From the IMG/VR virus record IMGVR_UViG_3300045988_041287, positions 1 to 41,704 of that record: a DNA stretch of 41,704 nucleotides. One strand, given 5' to 3'. The position numbers and the translations under genes were made by a program. This stretch comes from a virus. Under the pieces are notes generated by a model. It saw nothing but the letters and a program-made list of their open reading frames with translations. It was not told the DNA's origin and searched no databases. This document shows, one piece after another, positions 31,287-40,444 of the stretch (positions within the stretch are counted from its first letter, which is position 1; each line of letters starts with the position of its first letter).

Positions 31287-33073
31287 GCATCACTCCCCGC
31301 CTCCAGCACGCGCGACAGCGAAAGCAGCCGGAAGTCCCCCGTGCCGGATATTTTGAATTGCAGGTGGTCGCACCGCCGTGGGCGGATCGGGAGCAGGAAC
31401 GACCGAATGCCCCGCCCCTCCATGTGCCCGCAGTGCCGCCACTGCTTGTCAGAATCATATTGCACCCAAAAATCGCACCGCGACTCCCTCGGAAGCTGCA
31501 TCCGCAGATTCAGCCGCGAGATGTATTTCTTGCCCACTAAGCCGTAGGTCATGATGCCGGTCTCCGCCCACCACGAAACAGGCGCTTCCGGCGTGCCCTC
31601 CTGCCCCATCAGGTCTAGAACCGTCACGCTCCCGCTCTGATCCTTCGCCGCGTAGAGCGTGTCCCTGCCGCTCGTGAGCGCTGTGAGCGCTTCTGCGCCG
31701 CTTTCCGCGTGCCATAGCCCCCGCATCGTGTCGTACACAAAAAGCCGCTGTGCGCCGTCCGGCGCGCTCATGGCGATGTAATACTTGCCCCGTGCGGTCG
31801 CCGCCATCGCGTTTTTGTAGAGGATGCCGCCCAACGCGTCCGAAATTCTGCTCGGAGCGCCCCCGTCGTAGCGGTACACGCCCAGCCGGGACTTGTAGTA
31901 CAAAACGTTGTCGACCACGCACAGGCTCTTGCCCGACCCGTCCTGCACGCCCTCGCACGTGAGCTGCACCACCTGATGTGCGCCCTTGCTGGACGGATAC
32001 ACCCTGTGGATAAAATCTTCCTTAAAAAACATCGGGCTGTCGTTATACGTCGCCGCGCCCGTCCACTTCCCGTCCGTGCCGACGCTCGCCCGGTACGAAT
32101 CGGTCGAAATGCCCATGTAGCACTCCCAGTTCTTGAAGTCTCCCAGCTTGCAGCAGTAAATTTCGTTCAGCATATCGCCGTCCTGCCCCACGCCGTAATA
32201 GCAGCCCCAAAGCCGGTTTCCGCACTCCGTCACATAGTCCAGCTCCGGCAGGCGGCGGTTCGTGATAATTTCCCCGCTCGTCTGCTCTGCTGTGGTATCC
32301 AGAATGCCGGTGATGATGATATAGTCGTCCGCCGCGCCGTATAAAACGTGCGACCCGTTCAGCACCTTCGCCTGCTCCGTCCCCTCGATGCCGCTCAAAA
32401 TGATCCCGTCGTACTGTTTCATCCCCACGCCGATGCCGCCGAGCGATAATTTCACATACGTCGTCGCCACCTGCACCCACTGTGCCGAGCTTGCCGACCA
32501 CTGCTTGAGCGCGTGCGGCTCAGAGCCTGTGTCCACCCAATACATCCCGTTCGTGCGGTCTGTCGGCTCTGTGTCCGTCGCCGAGGCTGTAATGCCCGCC
32601 CCATCCGGCGTGCAGAGCGTGATCGTCAGCTTCGCCGCGCTCGTCGGCGTCACGGTGTTCTTGCGCGCCATGTACCCGGCGTCCGTTGGTTTCAGCGTGT
32701 TGTAGTAAATGCCGTCCGGGAATATGCAGAGGTAAGCGCCCATGCTCACGAGCTGCTTTTCCCCCGCCGTGAGCGTCACGCCCTGCGGCAGCTCCTGCAA
32801 AATGCCCCCGCAGTAAAGCCCCGGCAGCGTTGCTCCCTGCCACACATACCACAGAACGCCGTCCCGCGCCGTCCAGCCCAGGAGCGACCCTTCGCCCAGC
32901 GCTTTCATCGTGCTCCGCCGCATACGCGGCGCAAGCATCGGGAAGTAGTCTCCCGTTAAATTCTCAAGGTCGTAGAACGCCCCGTCCTGTATCTGGAGGT
33001 TGTGGTCGTAGCCGTAAAAGACCTCCGTCACCGCCTGCTCCTTGGCAGGCGTATTTTTCTGCACAAATAGCAT
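31283..33073 (-). CDS. Large virion structural protein, 596 aa (putative tail or nozzle protein)
   Basis: ORF track. Called by position, between the connector-like gene and the tail spike. Confidence 0.5.
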   Translation of the reverse strand: MLFVQKNTPAKEQAVTEVFYGYDHNLQIQDGAFYDLENLTGDYFPMLAPRMRRSTMKALGEGSLLGWTARDGVLWYVWQGATLPGLYCGGILQELPQGVTLTAGEKQLVSMGAYLCIFPDGIYYNTLKPTDAGYMARKNTVTPTSAAKLTITLCTPDGAGITASATDTEPTDRTNGMYWVDTGSEPHALKQWSASSAQWVQVATTYVKLSLGGIGVGMKQYDGIILSGIEGTEQAKVLNGSHVLYGAADDYIIITGILDTTAEQTSGEIITNRRLPELDYVTECGNRLWGCYYGVGQDGDMLNEIYCCKLGDFKNWECYMGISTDSYRASVGTDGKWTGAATYNDSPMFFKEDFIHRVYPSSKGAHQVVQLTCEGVQDGSGKSLCVVDNVLYYKSRLGVYRYDGGAPSRISDALGGILYKNAMAATARGKYYIAMSAPDGAQRLFVYDTMRGLWHAESGAEALTALTSGRDTLYAAKDQSGSVTVLDLMGQEGTPEAPVSWWAETGIMTYGLVGKKYISRLNLRMQLPRESRCDFWVQYDSDKQWRHCGHMEGRGIRSFLLPIRPRRCDHLQFKISGTGDFRLLSLSRVLEAGSDA

Positions 33074-33082
33074 CCCCTCACC

Positions 33083-33460
33083 TCACAGCCTGAAATGCGT
33101 CGCCCGCTCGCGGGGCATATAGCTGCGGTTGATGTAATTCTGCCACGCGGTAAAGTACTGATTGTAGCTCCCCGCAGCGGCGTTGTAACGGTCGGTCTCG
33201 CCATTTGCCTCCGCGATCTTCATGTCCAAGTACCACCGATAAATTTCGTCGTAAGGCGCTCCGATCAAAAGCACCGTCCTGTCCAGATCCTGCTCCGGGC
33301 GGTACTGTTGAAATTCTTCCGGCACGTCCATCTCGTGCGTCCGCAGCACCTCTCTGTGCGCGATCCCGTCCAGCTCCGCCAGCCATCTGATCTTGTCCTC
33401 CATGTCGTACTGATTCGGCGTCAGCCGGTCTACGATCTCCAAAGCCTGCGTAATGGTCAT
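33083..33460 (-). CDS. Putative head-tail connector/adaptor protein, 125 aa
   Basis: ORF track. Called by position downstream of the capsid module. Confidence 0.35.
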   Translation of the reverse strand: MTITQALEIVDRLTPNQYDMEDKIRWLAELDGIAHREVLRTHEMDVPEEFQQYRPEQDLDRTVLLIGAPYDEIYRWYLDMKIAEANGETDRYNAAAGSYNQYFTAWQNYINRSYMPRERATHFRL

Positions 33461-33475
33461 CCTGTCCCCTCCTTT

Positions 33476-33500
33476 GGAAAAAGGGGCGCTTGCGCGCCCC
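33476..33500 (-). terminator. Hairpin terminator/attenuator after the capsid module
   Basis: Stem ggggcgc/gcgcccc, loop ttgc. On the minus strand it is followed by TTTTTCC. Confidence 0.6.
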
Positions 33501-33510
33501 CTCTGTCTTA

Positions 33511-33738
33511 TTAGGTCTGTGCGCGCACGCTGCGCTCATACGCTGCTGCGGCGGCGGTCGCTCTGCGCGCCTCCCGCAGCGCCTCGTATACCGGCAGCGG
33601 CACGTCTACCTCCACGCCCTTCGGCACTTGGTAGCGCTTGCCGTTCACGCACACAAACTGCATTTTCTCCTCATTCGACTGTGCCGGCGGGAGCAATACC
33701 GTTCTGGTCTCTTTCCAGATGTCCACCGTCTTTGCCAT
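33511..33738 (-). CDS. Small protein downstream of the capsid gene, 75 aa
   Basis: Frame trimmed to MAKTVDIWKE, whose ATG starts 1 nt after the capsid stop. Confidence 0.55.
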   Translation of the reverse strand: MAKTVDIWKETRTVLLPPAQSNEEKMQFVCVNGKRYQVPKGVEVDVPLPVYEALREARRATAAAAAYERSVRAQT

Positions 33739-33739
33739 C

Positions 33740-35020
33740 TCAGTTCTCCTCGTCCACGTCCGAATACTCGCCGCAGCTCTCGATGCGGACCATGCGATCC
33801 TCATACAGGATGAGGCTCGCGTTCTCGAACTTGTAGCCAAGCGTCGAGAACTGATCCAGCGGACCGCCTGCGGTGGCTTTGTCCTTGATGATCATCTGGA
33901 GGTTGCCGCCCTCCGGGTCGATCATGCCGTAGGCGTCCTTGCCGAGCACCATCGTCGCATACACTGCAAGTCCCCCTGCGCCGCCCTCGCCCGGCGCGAT
34001 CACAGTGCCCGCCTCGATGTTGTTGACGTTCTCCTTCACGGTGATGCTGGACGCGGTGTTGCTCGCCACCTCGCACAGCACGTCGCCCACAAGGATCAGC
34101 CTGCCCTTGAGCGCGTCCGTCTCCACCGTGCCGCCCTCGAACGCGATGCTCTTGCCCGCCGAGGAAATGGCGGTCTTGACCTTGAGCGTCCGGCTGTCCG
34201 AGGCAAGGTCTGCGCCTGCGAAGATCTTCGCCTCGGTCGTCTCCACGAAGCGCACGCCGTGCAGCTCGCCGATCTCGCCGGTGAAAATTTCCGTGGTCGC
34301 CGCGTACTTGTGCGCCTCGATCCACTCCGCACTGCTGCGCAGGTCATACGCGACGGACGGATGGATGATGGCGATGTACTTGCCATTGATGGTCGGCGTC
34401 TTGAGCTTCTTGAGCGTGGTCACCGCCTTGTTGATCTCGTCCGGGGTCAGCCGGGCGGTCTTGTCAAGCCCCGCTCGCGTAGCGACCTTCGTGTGTACGC
34501 CGTTTACCACCTTGTCGCAGAGCTGCTTGTTCGTACCGGCGACCATGCTGTTTCGCACGAGCTTGTCCTGCGTCGTGCCCGCCGACGCGCCAAGCTCCGT
34601 GGTCGCGCCCAGGATCACGTCGTCGATCGCGTGCAGCTCCAAAATGTCGGTGACCGCCGTGTATGTTCCGTGCTGCGTCAGCGCCTTGGAAATGCTCGTA
34701 GAGCCGAGCTTCTGCGCCGCCGGGATCACGCCCTCCTGCAGCTCGCCCGCGTCCTCCAGCGTGTTCCACTTGCGGAACTCGATGATCCTGCCGCGATTCT
34801 TCGGCAGCCCCTGCTTCTTGGCAAACTGGCTGTGCACCAGATTTGCCCGGGCATTTTCCAGCAGCTCCGTGTCGTAGTACTCCTTCATCTGCACGCTCAG
34901 ATCGTTCTTCCCGCTGAAGGATTCCTGCGCGCCGGTGTAGGCGTTCACATAGCCGCCAGTCGCGTTCACCAGCGTCCCGGCGTCCGCCAAGAGCTGGATG
35001 TTGAGTTTCCATGCTTCCAT
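33740..35020 (-). CDS. Major capsid protein (HK97 fold, N4-gp56-like family)
   Basis: 426 aa, immediately after the scaffold gene. N-terminal KLNIQLLAD leader. Internal ...RGRIIEFRKWNTLEDAGELQEGVIP... is typical of this capsid family. Confidence 0.8.
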   Translation of the reverse strand: MEAWKLNIQLLADAGTLVNATGGYVNAYTGAQESFSGKNDLSVQMKEYYDTELLENARANLVHSQFAKKQGLPKNRGRIIEFRKWNTLEDAGELQEGVIPAAQKLGSTSISKALTQHGTYTAVTDILELHAIDDVILGATTELGASAGTTQDKLVRNSMVAGTNKQLCDKVVNGVHTKVATRAGLDKTARLTPDEINKAVTTLKKLKTPTINGKYIAIIHPSVAYDLRSSAEWIEAHKYAATTEIFTGEIGELHGVRFVETTEAKIFAGADLASDSRTLKVKTAISSAGKSIAFEGGTVETDALKGRLILVGDVLCEVASNTASSITVKENVNNIEAGTVIAPGEGGAGGLAVYATMVLGKDAYGMIDPEGGNLQMIIKDKATAGGPLDQFSTLGYKFENASLILYEDRMVRIESCGEYSDVDEEN

Positions 35021-35041
35021 ATTTGCTCCTTTCCGGGAGCG

Positions 35042-35893
35042 TCAGAATGTAATGCGCTCCCCTCGTGCGACCCGCTTTCTGATCTCCTCCCGCTGCTGCG
35101 GGGTGAGCTTGCGCGGATCGATTTTTGTTACCTGTCCTGCCGGAGAGCCGAGCGCCCCCTCCTGGGGTCTCATGCCGTTTGCCTGCACCTGCGCAACGGT
35201 CCGCTGCATCCCATACTGCATCGCCGCCTGCTGGAGGTCTCGGTAGTGCGCCGCCTCGTATGCCTGCATCGGGTCAAAGCCCGCCGTAAGCAGCGACATA
35301 AACGCGCGGTTTCCCAGCTCCGCCGAAAGGTCTGCCTGCGGATACCGCTGTTGGACCTCCGCAAAGCTCTCCTGCAATGCCGCGAACCGCTGCCTCTGCT
35401 CCTCCTCGGCGCGCATCTGCGCGCTTTCCTGCTTGAGCCGCGCGTTTTCGCGTTCGGCGTTTTTGATCCGCCGCATCGCGTCCACCGGCAAGCCTGCCTG
35501 CGCCGCCTCCTGCTCATACCAGCGGTTGTCCTGCGATAGCTTTTCGCCCAGCGCATCCAGATCCACCTTGCTCATGTCCGAGGTGTCCATGCCGTATATC
35601 TGTCCGATCCACGACACGATCGGCAGCAGCTTCTCCATCTGCTGCTTCTGCGCCTCCGCGCCTCTGAGCCTGCCGCGCACCGCCTTCTGCAAGGCTGCGT
35701 TGTACTCCTTCTCGTACCTGCCGCCCTTGCCGGTCAGTGCCTCAAACGTCTCTCCCTGCTGTACCTGTTCGGCGGGTACTTGTGCGCTCTGCCCCTGCGC
35801 CTGCGCGTCCGCAGTTGCCGGAGCTGCCGCACCGCCGGATGTGGCGGGCATCTCTACGCCGTCAGCCAAAAGCTGAATGTTGAGCCTTTCCAT
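35042..35893 (-). CDS. Scaffolding protein
   Basis: Ala/Gln/Glu-rich helical protein between portal/Prp and capsid. N-terminal MERLNIQLLAD leader. Confidence 0.75.
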   Translation of the reverse strand: MERLNIQLLADGVEMPATSGGAAAPATADAQAQGQSAQVPAEQVQQGETFEALTGKGGRYEKEYNAALQKAVRGRLRGAEAQKQQMEKLLPIVSWIGQIYGMDTSDMSKVDLDALGEKLSQDNRWYEQEAAQAGLPVDAMRRIKNAERENARLKQESAQMRAEEEQRQRFAALQESFAEVQQRYPQADLSAELGNRAFMSLLTAGFDPMQAYEAAHYRDLQQAAMQYGMQRTVAQVQANGMRPQEGALGSPAGQVTKIDPRKLTPQQREEIRKRVARGERITF

Positions 35894-36027
35894 AAAGCCC
35901 TCCCGTAAAAATCCTGTGTTGGTAAGGCGGTCTCGCGTCCGCCGCCTGTGTTTTTACCGGGGTGATCGCGTCCCCGCTTTGTCCCGCCTGCCCGTCATGC
36001 CGGTCAGCCGGTCATATTGCTTTGTAA

Positions 36028-36174
36028 GCTATCACCGCACCCACGGCTTCCCCCTTGAGGGGGAAGCTGTCCGCGCAGCGCCCGCACCATCTCTTGCCTT
36101 CCCCTTGGGGGGAAGGTGGCGCGAAGCGCCGGATGAGGGGAAGGGTTGCTGTCTCTGCCCTGCCCCGCGTTTGC
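36028..36174. repeat. Composite intergenic hairpin element (an A-type unit nested in a B-type unit) abutting the prp stop codon
   Basis: 36028-36041 plus 36089-36174 parallel 38432-38527. The extra 47 bp at 36042-36088 carries ggcttcccccttgagggggaagc and ends in a second copy of CCGCACC; the two CCGCACC copies are at 36035-36041 and 36082-36088. Confidence 0.8.
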
Positions 36175-36485
36175 TACTCCCTCGCAAACCGCACATTCTG
36201 TGGATACTCATGCGCCACCATCTGCATCCCCAGCAGTGCCGTGTCCCACATCGCCCGCACCACCCGCTCATGCTTCGGCGCGCACGCAATGGTGATGTCT
36301 CCGGGCTGCATATCCACCACCGGCTCTGCCCGCAGCAGCCCCTCGCTTTCCGCTCTCAGGATCATCCCACCCAGCGCGTAGGAGAGGATCGTCACCGCCG
36401 CGCAGACAATGTCCTGCCCCGCCGGAGCGTATCCCGCGTGCCCTGTGATCCGCAGGCTGTAGCCTTTACACTGGATGCTTATCAT
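36174..36485 (-). CDS. prp: Prp-family (DUF464, ribosomal-processing) cysteine protease homologue
   Basis: MISIQCKGYSLRITGHAGYAPAGQDIVCAAVTIL matches the hallmark GHA......G.DIVCAAVS. Confidence 0.75.
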   Translation of the reverse strand: MISIQCKGYSLRITGHAGYAPAGQDIVCAAVTILSYALGGMILRAESEGLLRAEPVVDMQPGDITIACAPKHERVVRAMWDTALLGMQMVAHEYPQNVRFARE

Positions 36486-38413
36486 GCTCCCCCCTCCGGC
36501 TGTGACGCCTGCTGCGCCCTCTGCCGCGCGTTCGCGGTCACGCTGCTCTCCTTCTCCCCGGTCTCAAGGCTCACATCCGCATTTCCCTGCGGCACAGTCT
36601 GCCCCGCCCCGGAGAGGATCGCCTGCGCCAGCCCGTCCGCCTTTTCCGGCGCGTACTGCTGTACGAGTTGCAAGGCGAATTGCTGCCACTGCGCGAGCTG
36701 CTGCTGCAGATCTCCGTTTGCCCGGATCTTCTGCATCACCTCGTACTTGTCCTCAAAATCCATCATGTCCAGGCACGCCATCGCCTGCGGCGCGAGCTGC
36801 GGGTTGAAGAATCCCAGGTTGTAAAACTGCAAAGCCAATTCGTTTTGCGCGAGCTTTGTGTATTCCGTCTGCTTCTGCGCCGAAACGATGATGTCAAATA
36901 CCGGCTTCCGCCCGCCTGCCTTTAGCCCCTCGTTGGAATACGTCACATACTCGTCCGCCCCCAGCGCCCCTGTGATGCGGAATCTGCGCGGCAGATCATA
37001 AAACTGCCGGATGCGCTCGATCACCATCCCGATCATCCGCCGGTACGCGCGGTACGCGCTCTTCGTCGCGTCCTTGCTGCTCCTGCCGGAGGCTTCCTGC
37101 AAGGCTGCGATCGCCGACGCAGCGGTCACGCCGCCGCCCGCCGAGCCGTTGTTGACGTCCGTGTTGCCCGTCACCCACTTGAGCTCCTCGATCTTGCTCG
37201 CCCGCATCTCAAGATAATTCCCGCTCAGAGGATTCACCACGATCTGCGCCAGCGAATCTTGCCCCAGATTCCCGTCGGTGTGTACAAACGGCTTTGTCCA
37301 GTCGGCAAATTCCTTCTCGTTGATCGCGGCGTCGCTTCGCGCGAACCATCGCGGGCTCGCCGCCATGATCGTATTTTTGACGATCGCCTGATCCATGCGG
37401 TCGATCTGCTCCTGCGCGCTCTTGCCGATGTCGATATACCCGTACCCGCAGATGCTCCCCTTCACCGGGAACAGCGCGTCGAATACGAACGGATACTCGC
37501 CGTCGGTGTAAAACCCGACCTCGGCAGGCGCTTGCGCAATGGGCACGTCCAGCACCGTCCCGTCCGCCTGCGGCATCTGCATCACGGGCGGCTGCGTGTC
37601 GTTTTCCGACGCGTATAAAACCTCGTCGCCGCAGAACCGGCAGTAGTGCAAAAGCGTTTTTCCGCCCACGCGCTTTTTGTAATACCACTCCACCACCAGC
37701 GCCTGCTCGCCTCTCTGCTGGTCGTCGTCTGTTTTATACTGCGCCAGCGTCAGCGCGCTCCCCTTGAGCTTGCCCTCCAGTTGCGGATACCGGCTCACCA
37801 GATCGCTCTTGTCATACGCCCGCACAAAAAACACGTTTTGCGAATCCTGAATGTCTTTAATGCCCGGCTGCCAGAAGATGTTGAGCACGTCCACGCCGCA
37901 GATCGCCACGTCGCCCAAGCCGCCCAGCTTGCTGCTGTCCCATAAAACGGACCAAATGAGCGTCCCCGACTGCACCTTGTCCCACAGCGTATCGCTGTAT
38001 ACCTGCTCAAAATCGTTGTGCTCCAAAATGCACGGCACGATCTGACTGAGCATCCGCGCCTCCAGCGCGTCCGTCCGCTCGCGCGGTCGTAGGTTTGCCT
38101 CCGGGTATGCCTGGATGCCGTCCGCGTGCTTACCCATCAGGACGTTAAACAGCCACCCGCTCGCAGGTCGGTCGTCGCGGGGATTGCCCTTTTCGTCAAA
38201 CTGCCCCCACTGCCGCAGCTTCCACCACTCGTTGTTGGCGATCACGCGGTTTTCAAGCTGCGCCTTGCCGTTTTTGTACTGGATCAGCGTCTGCATCGCC
38301 GTGCGCACCTGCTCCGCCCCGATCGGCTGCACCTGCGTCTCCCGCAAAACCTCCTCCACCTGCGTTACCTGTTCGTTCTCTCCCATTTCATCCTCCATGC
38401 TTTTCCGCCCCAT
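36482..38413 (-). CDS. Portal protein
   Basis: 643 aa, between terL and prp/scaffold. The size and position are canonical. The exact start is uncertain (ATGs at 38413, 38398 and 38386). Confidence 0.75.
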   Translation of the reverse strand: MGRKSMEDEMGENEQVTQVEEVLRETQVQPIGAEQVRTAMQTLIQYKNGKAQLENRVIANNEWWKLRQWGQFDEKGNPRDDRPASGWLFNVLMGKHADGIQAYPEANLRPRERTDALEARMLSQIVPCILEHNDFEQVYSDTLWDKVQSGTLIWSVLWDSSKLGGLGDVAICGVDVLNIFWQPGIKDIQDSQNVFFVRAYDKSDLVSRYPQLEGKLKGSALTLAQYKTDDDQQRGEQALVVEWYYKKRVGGKTLLHYCRFCGDEVLYASENDTQPPVMQMPQADGTVLDVPIAQAPAEVGFYTDGEYPFVFDALFPVKGSICGYGYIDIGKSAQEQIDRMDQAIVKNTIMAASPRWFARSDAAINEKEFADWTKPFVHTDGNLGQDSLAQIVVNPLSGNYLEMRASKIEELKWVTGNTDVNNGSAGGGVTAASAIAALQEASGRSSKDATKSAYRAYRRMIGMVIERIRQFYDLPRRFRITGALGADEYVTYSNEGLKAGGRKPVFDIIVSAQKQTEYTKLAQNELALQFYNLGFFNPQLAPQAMACLDMMDFEDKYEVMQKIRANGDLQQQLAQWQQFALQLVQQYAPEKADGLAQAILSGAGQTVPQGNADVSLETGEKESSVTANARQRAQQASQPEGGA

Positions 38414-38431
38414 ATCTCCCCGTGTGGGGAG

Positions 38432-38527
38432 CTATCGCCGCACCCCTTGCCTTCCCCTCGGGGGGAAGGTGGCGCGAAGCGCCGGATGAGGGGAAGCGTC
38501 GTTGTTTCTGATCTGTTCCGCGTTTGC
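38432..38527. repeat. Intergenic hairpin element (B-type) abutting the terL stop codon
   Basis: ccttcccctcggggggaagg and ggcgcgaagcgcc hairpins, then ggatgagggg ... ccgcgtttgc, ending at the TAG of terL. Confidence 0.85.
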
Positions 38528-39879
38528 TATCCCCCAAACTGATCCAGCGGGTCATTCAGCAGCACCCGCCGCGCCACCGGGCGCATCGCCTTGATCGGTC
38601 GGCTCATGCAAAAATACCGTACCTCGTCGCACGCATGATCCTCCATCGTCGTATCCAGATCCTCGACGTGCGTCTTGGAGTACATCATCATCGGCATCGT
38701 GCGGATAATGGCGTCGCAGCCTTTGAAAAAATACATCCGCGCGTAGCCGCCCTCGTCAAATTGCAGCCGGTAATGCACTTGCATCCAGCCAGGTATCCGG
38801 GCGTTGTCGCCCTTGGAAAAGTACACCCCGTACCGCGCCGCCGTCTGCGCGATGCTCTCGCCGTGCGATGCGTCCCAGATCGCGGGGTCAGCCACGCCCT
38901 GTATCTCCTTGCCCCGCAGCCACGGGTGTTCCCGCTCTGTTCTGCGTATCTCTTCAAACTGCCGGTCCGGCGACCACTTTACGCCCTCGTTCGGCTCGCC
39001 TGTCCAGCCGTAAAGCTCCAGAACGCGGTACAGCACGCCGTCGTAATCCACCGCCCACCAGGCGCAGGAAAACGGCTTTCCGTAGCCGAAATCGTAGCTC
39101 CTGTAGATTCTCCATCCCGCGTCCGGCACAAACGGCGCGATGACGTGCGTAAATCTCCTGTCCTCGTAGTGCGCCGGGTCGTCGCGGAACTCCTCGAAGA
39201 ACTGCCCCTCGAATACGTCCCAGCGCCCTTCCAGCCACGCCGCCCGCTGCGCCGGCGGCAGGCTCTTTAGGTTGCTCACATACTCCGGCTGCGCCTGCAT
39301 GAGCGCCTTGTTGTCCGTCACGAGTGCCTGGATAAAGCTGTAATCCTCCGGCTTCTCCTCGCCCTCGAAGCGGCGGTCGATGAAAAGGCGCTTGAAATAC
39401 CCGTGGCTCGGACCGCCGGGGTTGAGCGTGTAGTACGTCCGCTTCGGGAAATTGTTCACGCCGCGCACCGTGGCGTTGATAAGCCTGATCCACTGCTCCT
39501 GGAGCTGCCCCGCCTCGTCGAAGAAGATCACGTCGTATTCCTGCCCCTGATACTGCGCCACATCGCCGTCATTGCGGCAGTACCCAAGCATTATTCGCGA
39601 CCCATTGCCAAATGTGAACACTTTGCTCGTCTGGTTGTATTGCGCCACGCCGTGCAAAAGCTGCATCAGCGGCAGCACATGGTTGTTATACAGCTCCGGG
39701 TACGTCTTGCGCACAATGAGCACCTTGATCCCCGCCCATGCACCGCAGAGTAAAAACGCCTTGATGCGCACCGCCCAGCTCTTCCCACCGCCGCGCGCGC
39801 CGCCGTATGCCACATGGCGGTGCGTGTCCGTCAAAAATTGCCGCTGCTTGTCGCTGGGATTGATCTTGATCGTCCTCAT
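38527..39879 (-). CDS. terL: Terminase large subunit
   Basis: Walker A YGGARGGGKSWA; 450 aa; followed by the portal gene. Confidence 0.9.
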   Translation of the reverse strand: MRTIKINPSDKQRQFLTDTHRHVAYGGARGGGKSWAVRIKAFLLCGAWAGIKVLIVRKTYPELYNNHVLPLMQLLHGVAQYNQTSKVFTFGNGSRIMLGYCRNDGDVAQYQGQEYDVIFFDEAGQLQEQWIRLINATVRGVNNFPKRTYYTLNPGGPSHGYFKRLFIDRRFEGEEKPEDYSFIQALVTDNKALMQAQPEYVSNLKSLPPAQRAAWLEGRWDVFEGQFFEEFRDDPAHYEDRRFTHVIAPFVPDAGWRIYRSYDFGYGKPFSCAWWAVDYDGVLYRVLELYGWTGEPNEGVKWSPDRQFEEIRRTEREHPWLRGKEIQGVADPAIWDASHGESIAQTAARYGVYFSKGDNARIPGWMQVHYRLQFDEGGYARMYFFKGCDAIIRTMPMMMYSKTHVEDLDTTMEDHACDEVRYFCMSRPIKAMRPVARRVLLNDPLDQFGG

Positions 39880-40367
39880 CTCGCCATATCCTGCATCGCG
39901 TTCTCAAATTCCACCCGCGCACCGTTCTCCTTCGGTGCTGCATCGTTCCACCCGAATTTGCAGCCCAGCGCGTATTTTGCGCCGCTGGCTCTGCTCGTGG
40001 CGAGCTGCCGGATGTGGAACGCCTCGATCCGCTGCTCTGCTCTCATGCAGATCAGCTCATAGCCCGCCTGCTGCCGCAGCTCCAGCCAGTCTGCATCGCT
40101 CATGCCCAGCGCCAGCAGCAGCCCCGGCAGGCTCGGCGGCTCGATCCACTGCGTCGCCATCGCCTGTCGCTTGCCGTGCATCACCGCCTCTAGCCTGTAC
40201 AGGGGATGTCCGTAGCCGTCCAGCGCCTGCACGGTGATCGTCTCGCCGCCGATCACCTGCTCCTGCGTCACCGGCACGCGCCGGTATACCGGCTCGTCGT
40301 AGCTGATCCCGGCAAAATACCGCCGCACCGCAGAGCCAAGCCTTGCAGGGCTGTCCAGCCGCTTCAT
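39876..40367 (-). CDS. terS: Terminase small subunit
   Basis: 163 aa with an ATGA overlap with terL. The PPSLPGLLLALGMSDADW segment is typical of the TerS HTH. Confidence 0.65.
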   Translation of the reverse strand: MKRLDSPARLGSAVRRYFAGISYDEPVYRRVPVTQEQVIGGETITVQALDGYGHPLYRLEAVMHGKRQAMATQWIEPPSLPGLLLALGMSDADWLELRQQAGYELICMRAEQRIEAFHIRQLATSRASGAKYALGCKFGWNDAAPKENGARVEFENAMQDMAR

Positions 40368-40396
40368 CCGCGCACCCCCTTTTTCTTCCTGCTAAG

Positions 40397-40444
40397 AGTA
40401 TAGCAGAGCCGACGCGAAAATCTCTAGTGCACCTTCGCGTCGGC
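40397..40444 (-). promoter_or_regulatory. Copy 3 of the GTGCACTAGAGA-N18-TAnnnT motif, upstream of terS, with the motif in the loop of an 11-bp hairpin
   Basis: Minus strand: GTGCACTAGAGA (40432-40421), 18 nt, then TATACT (40402-40397). The inverted repeat gccgacgcgaa (40408-40418) / ttcgcgtcggc (40434-40444) flanks the motif. Confidence 0.55.
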
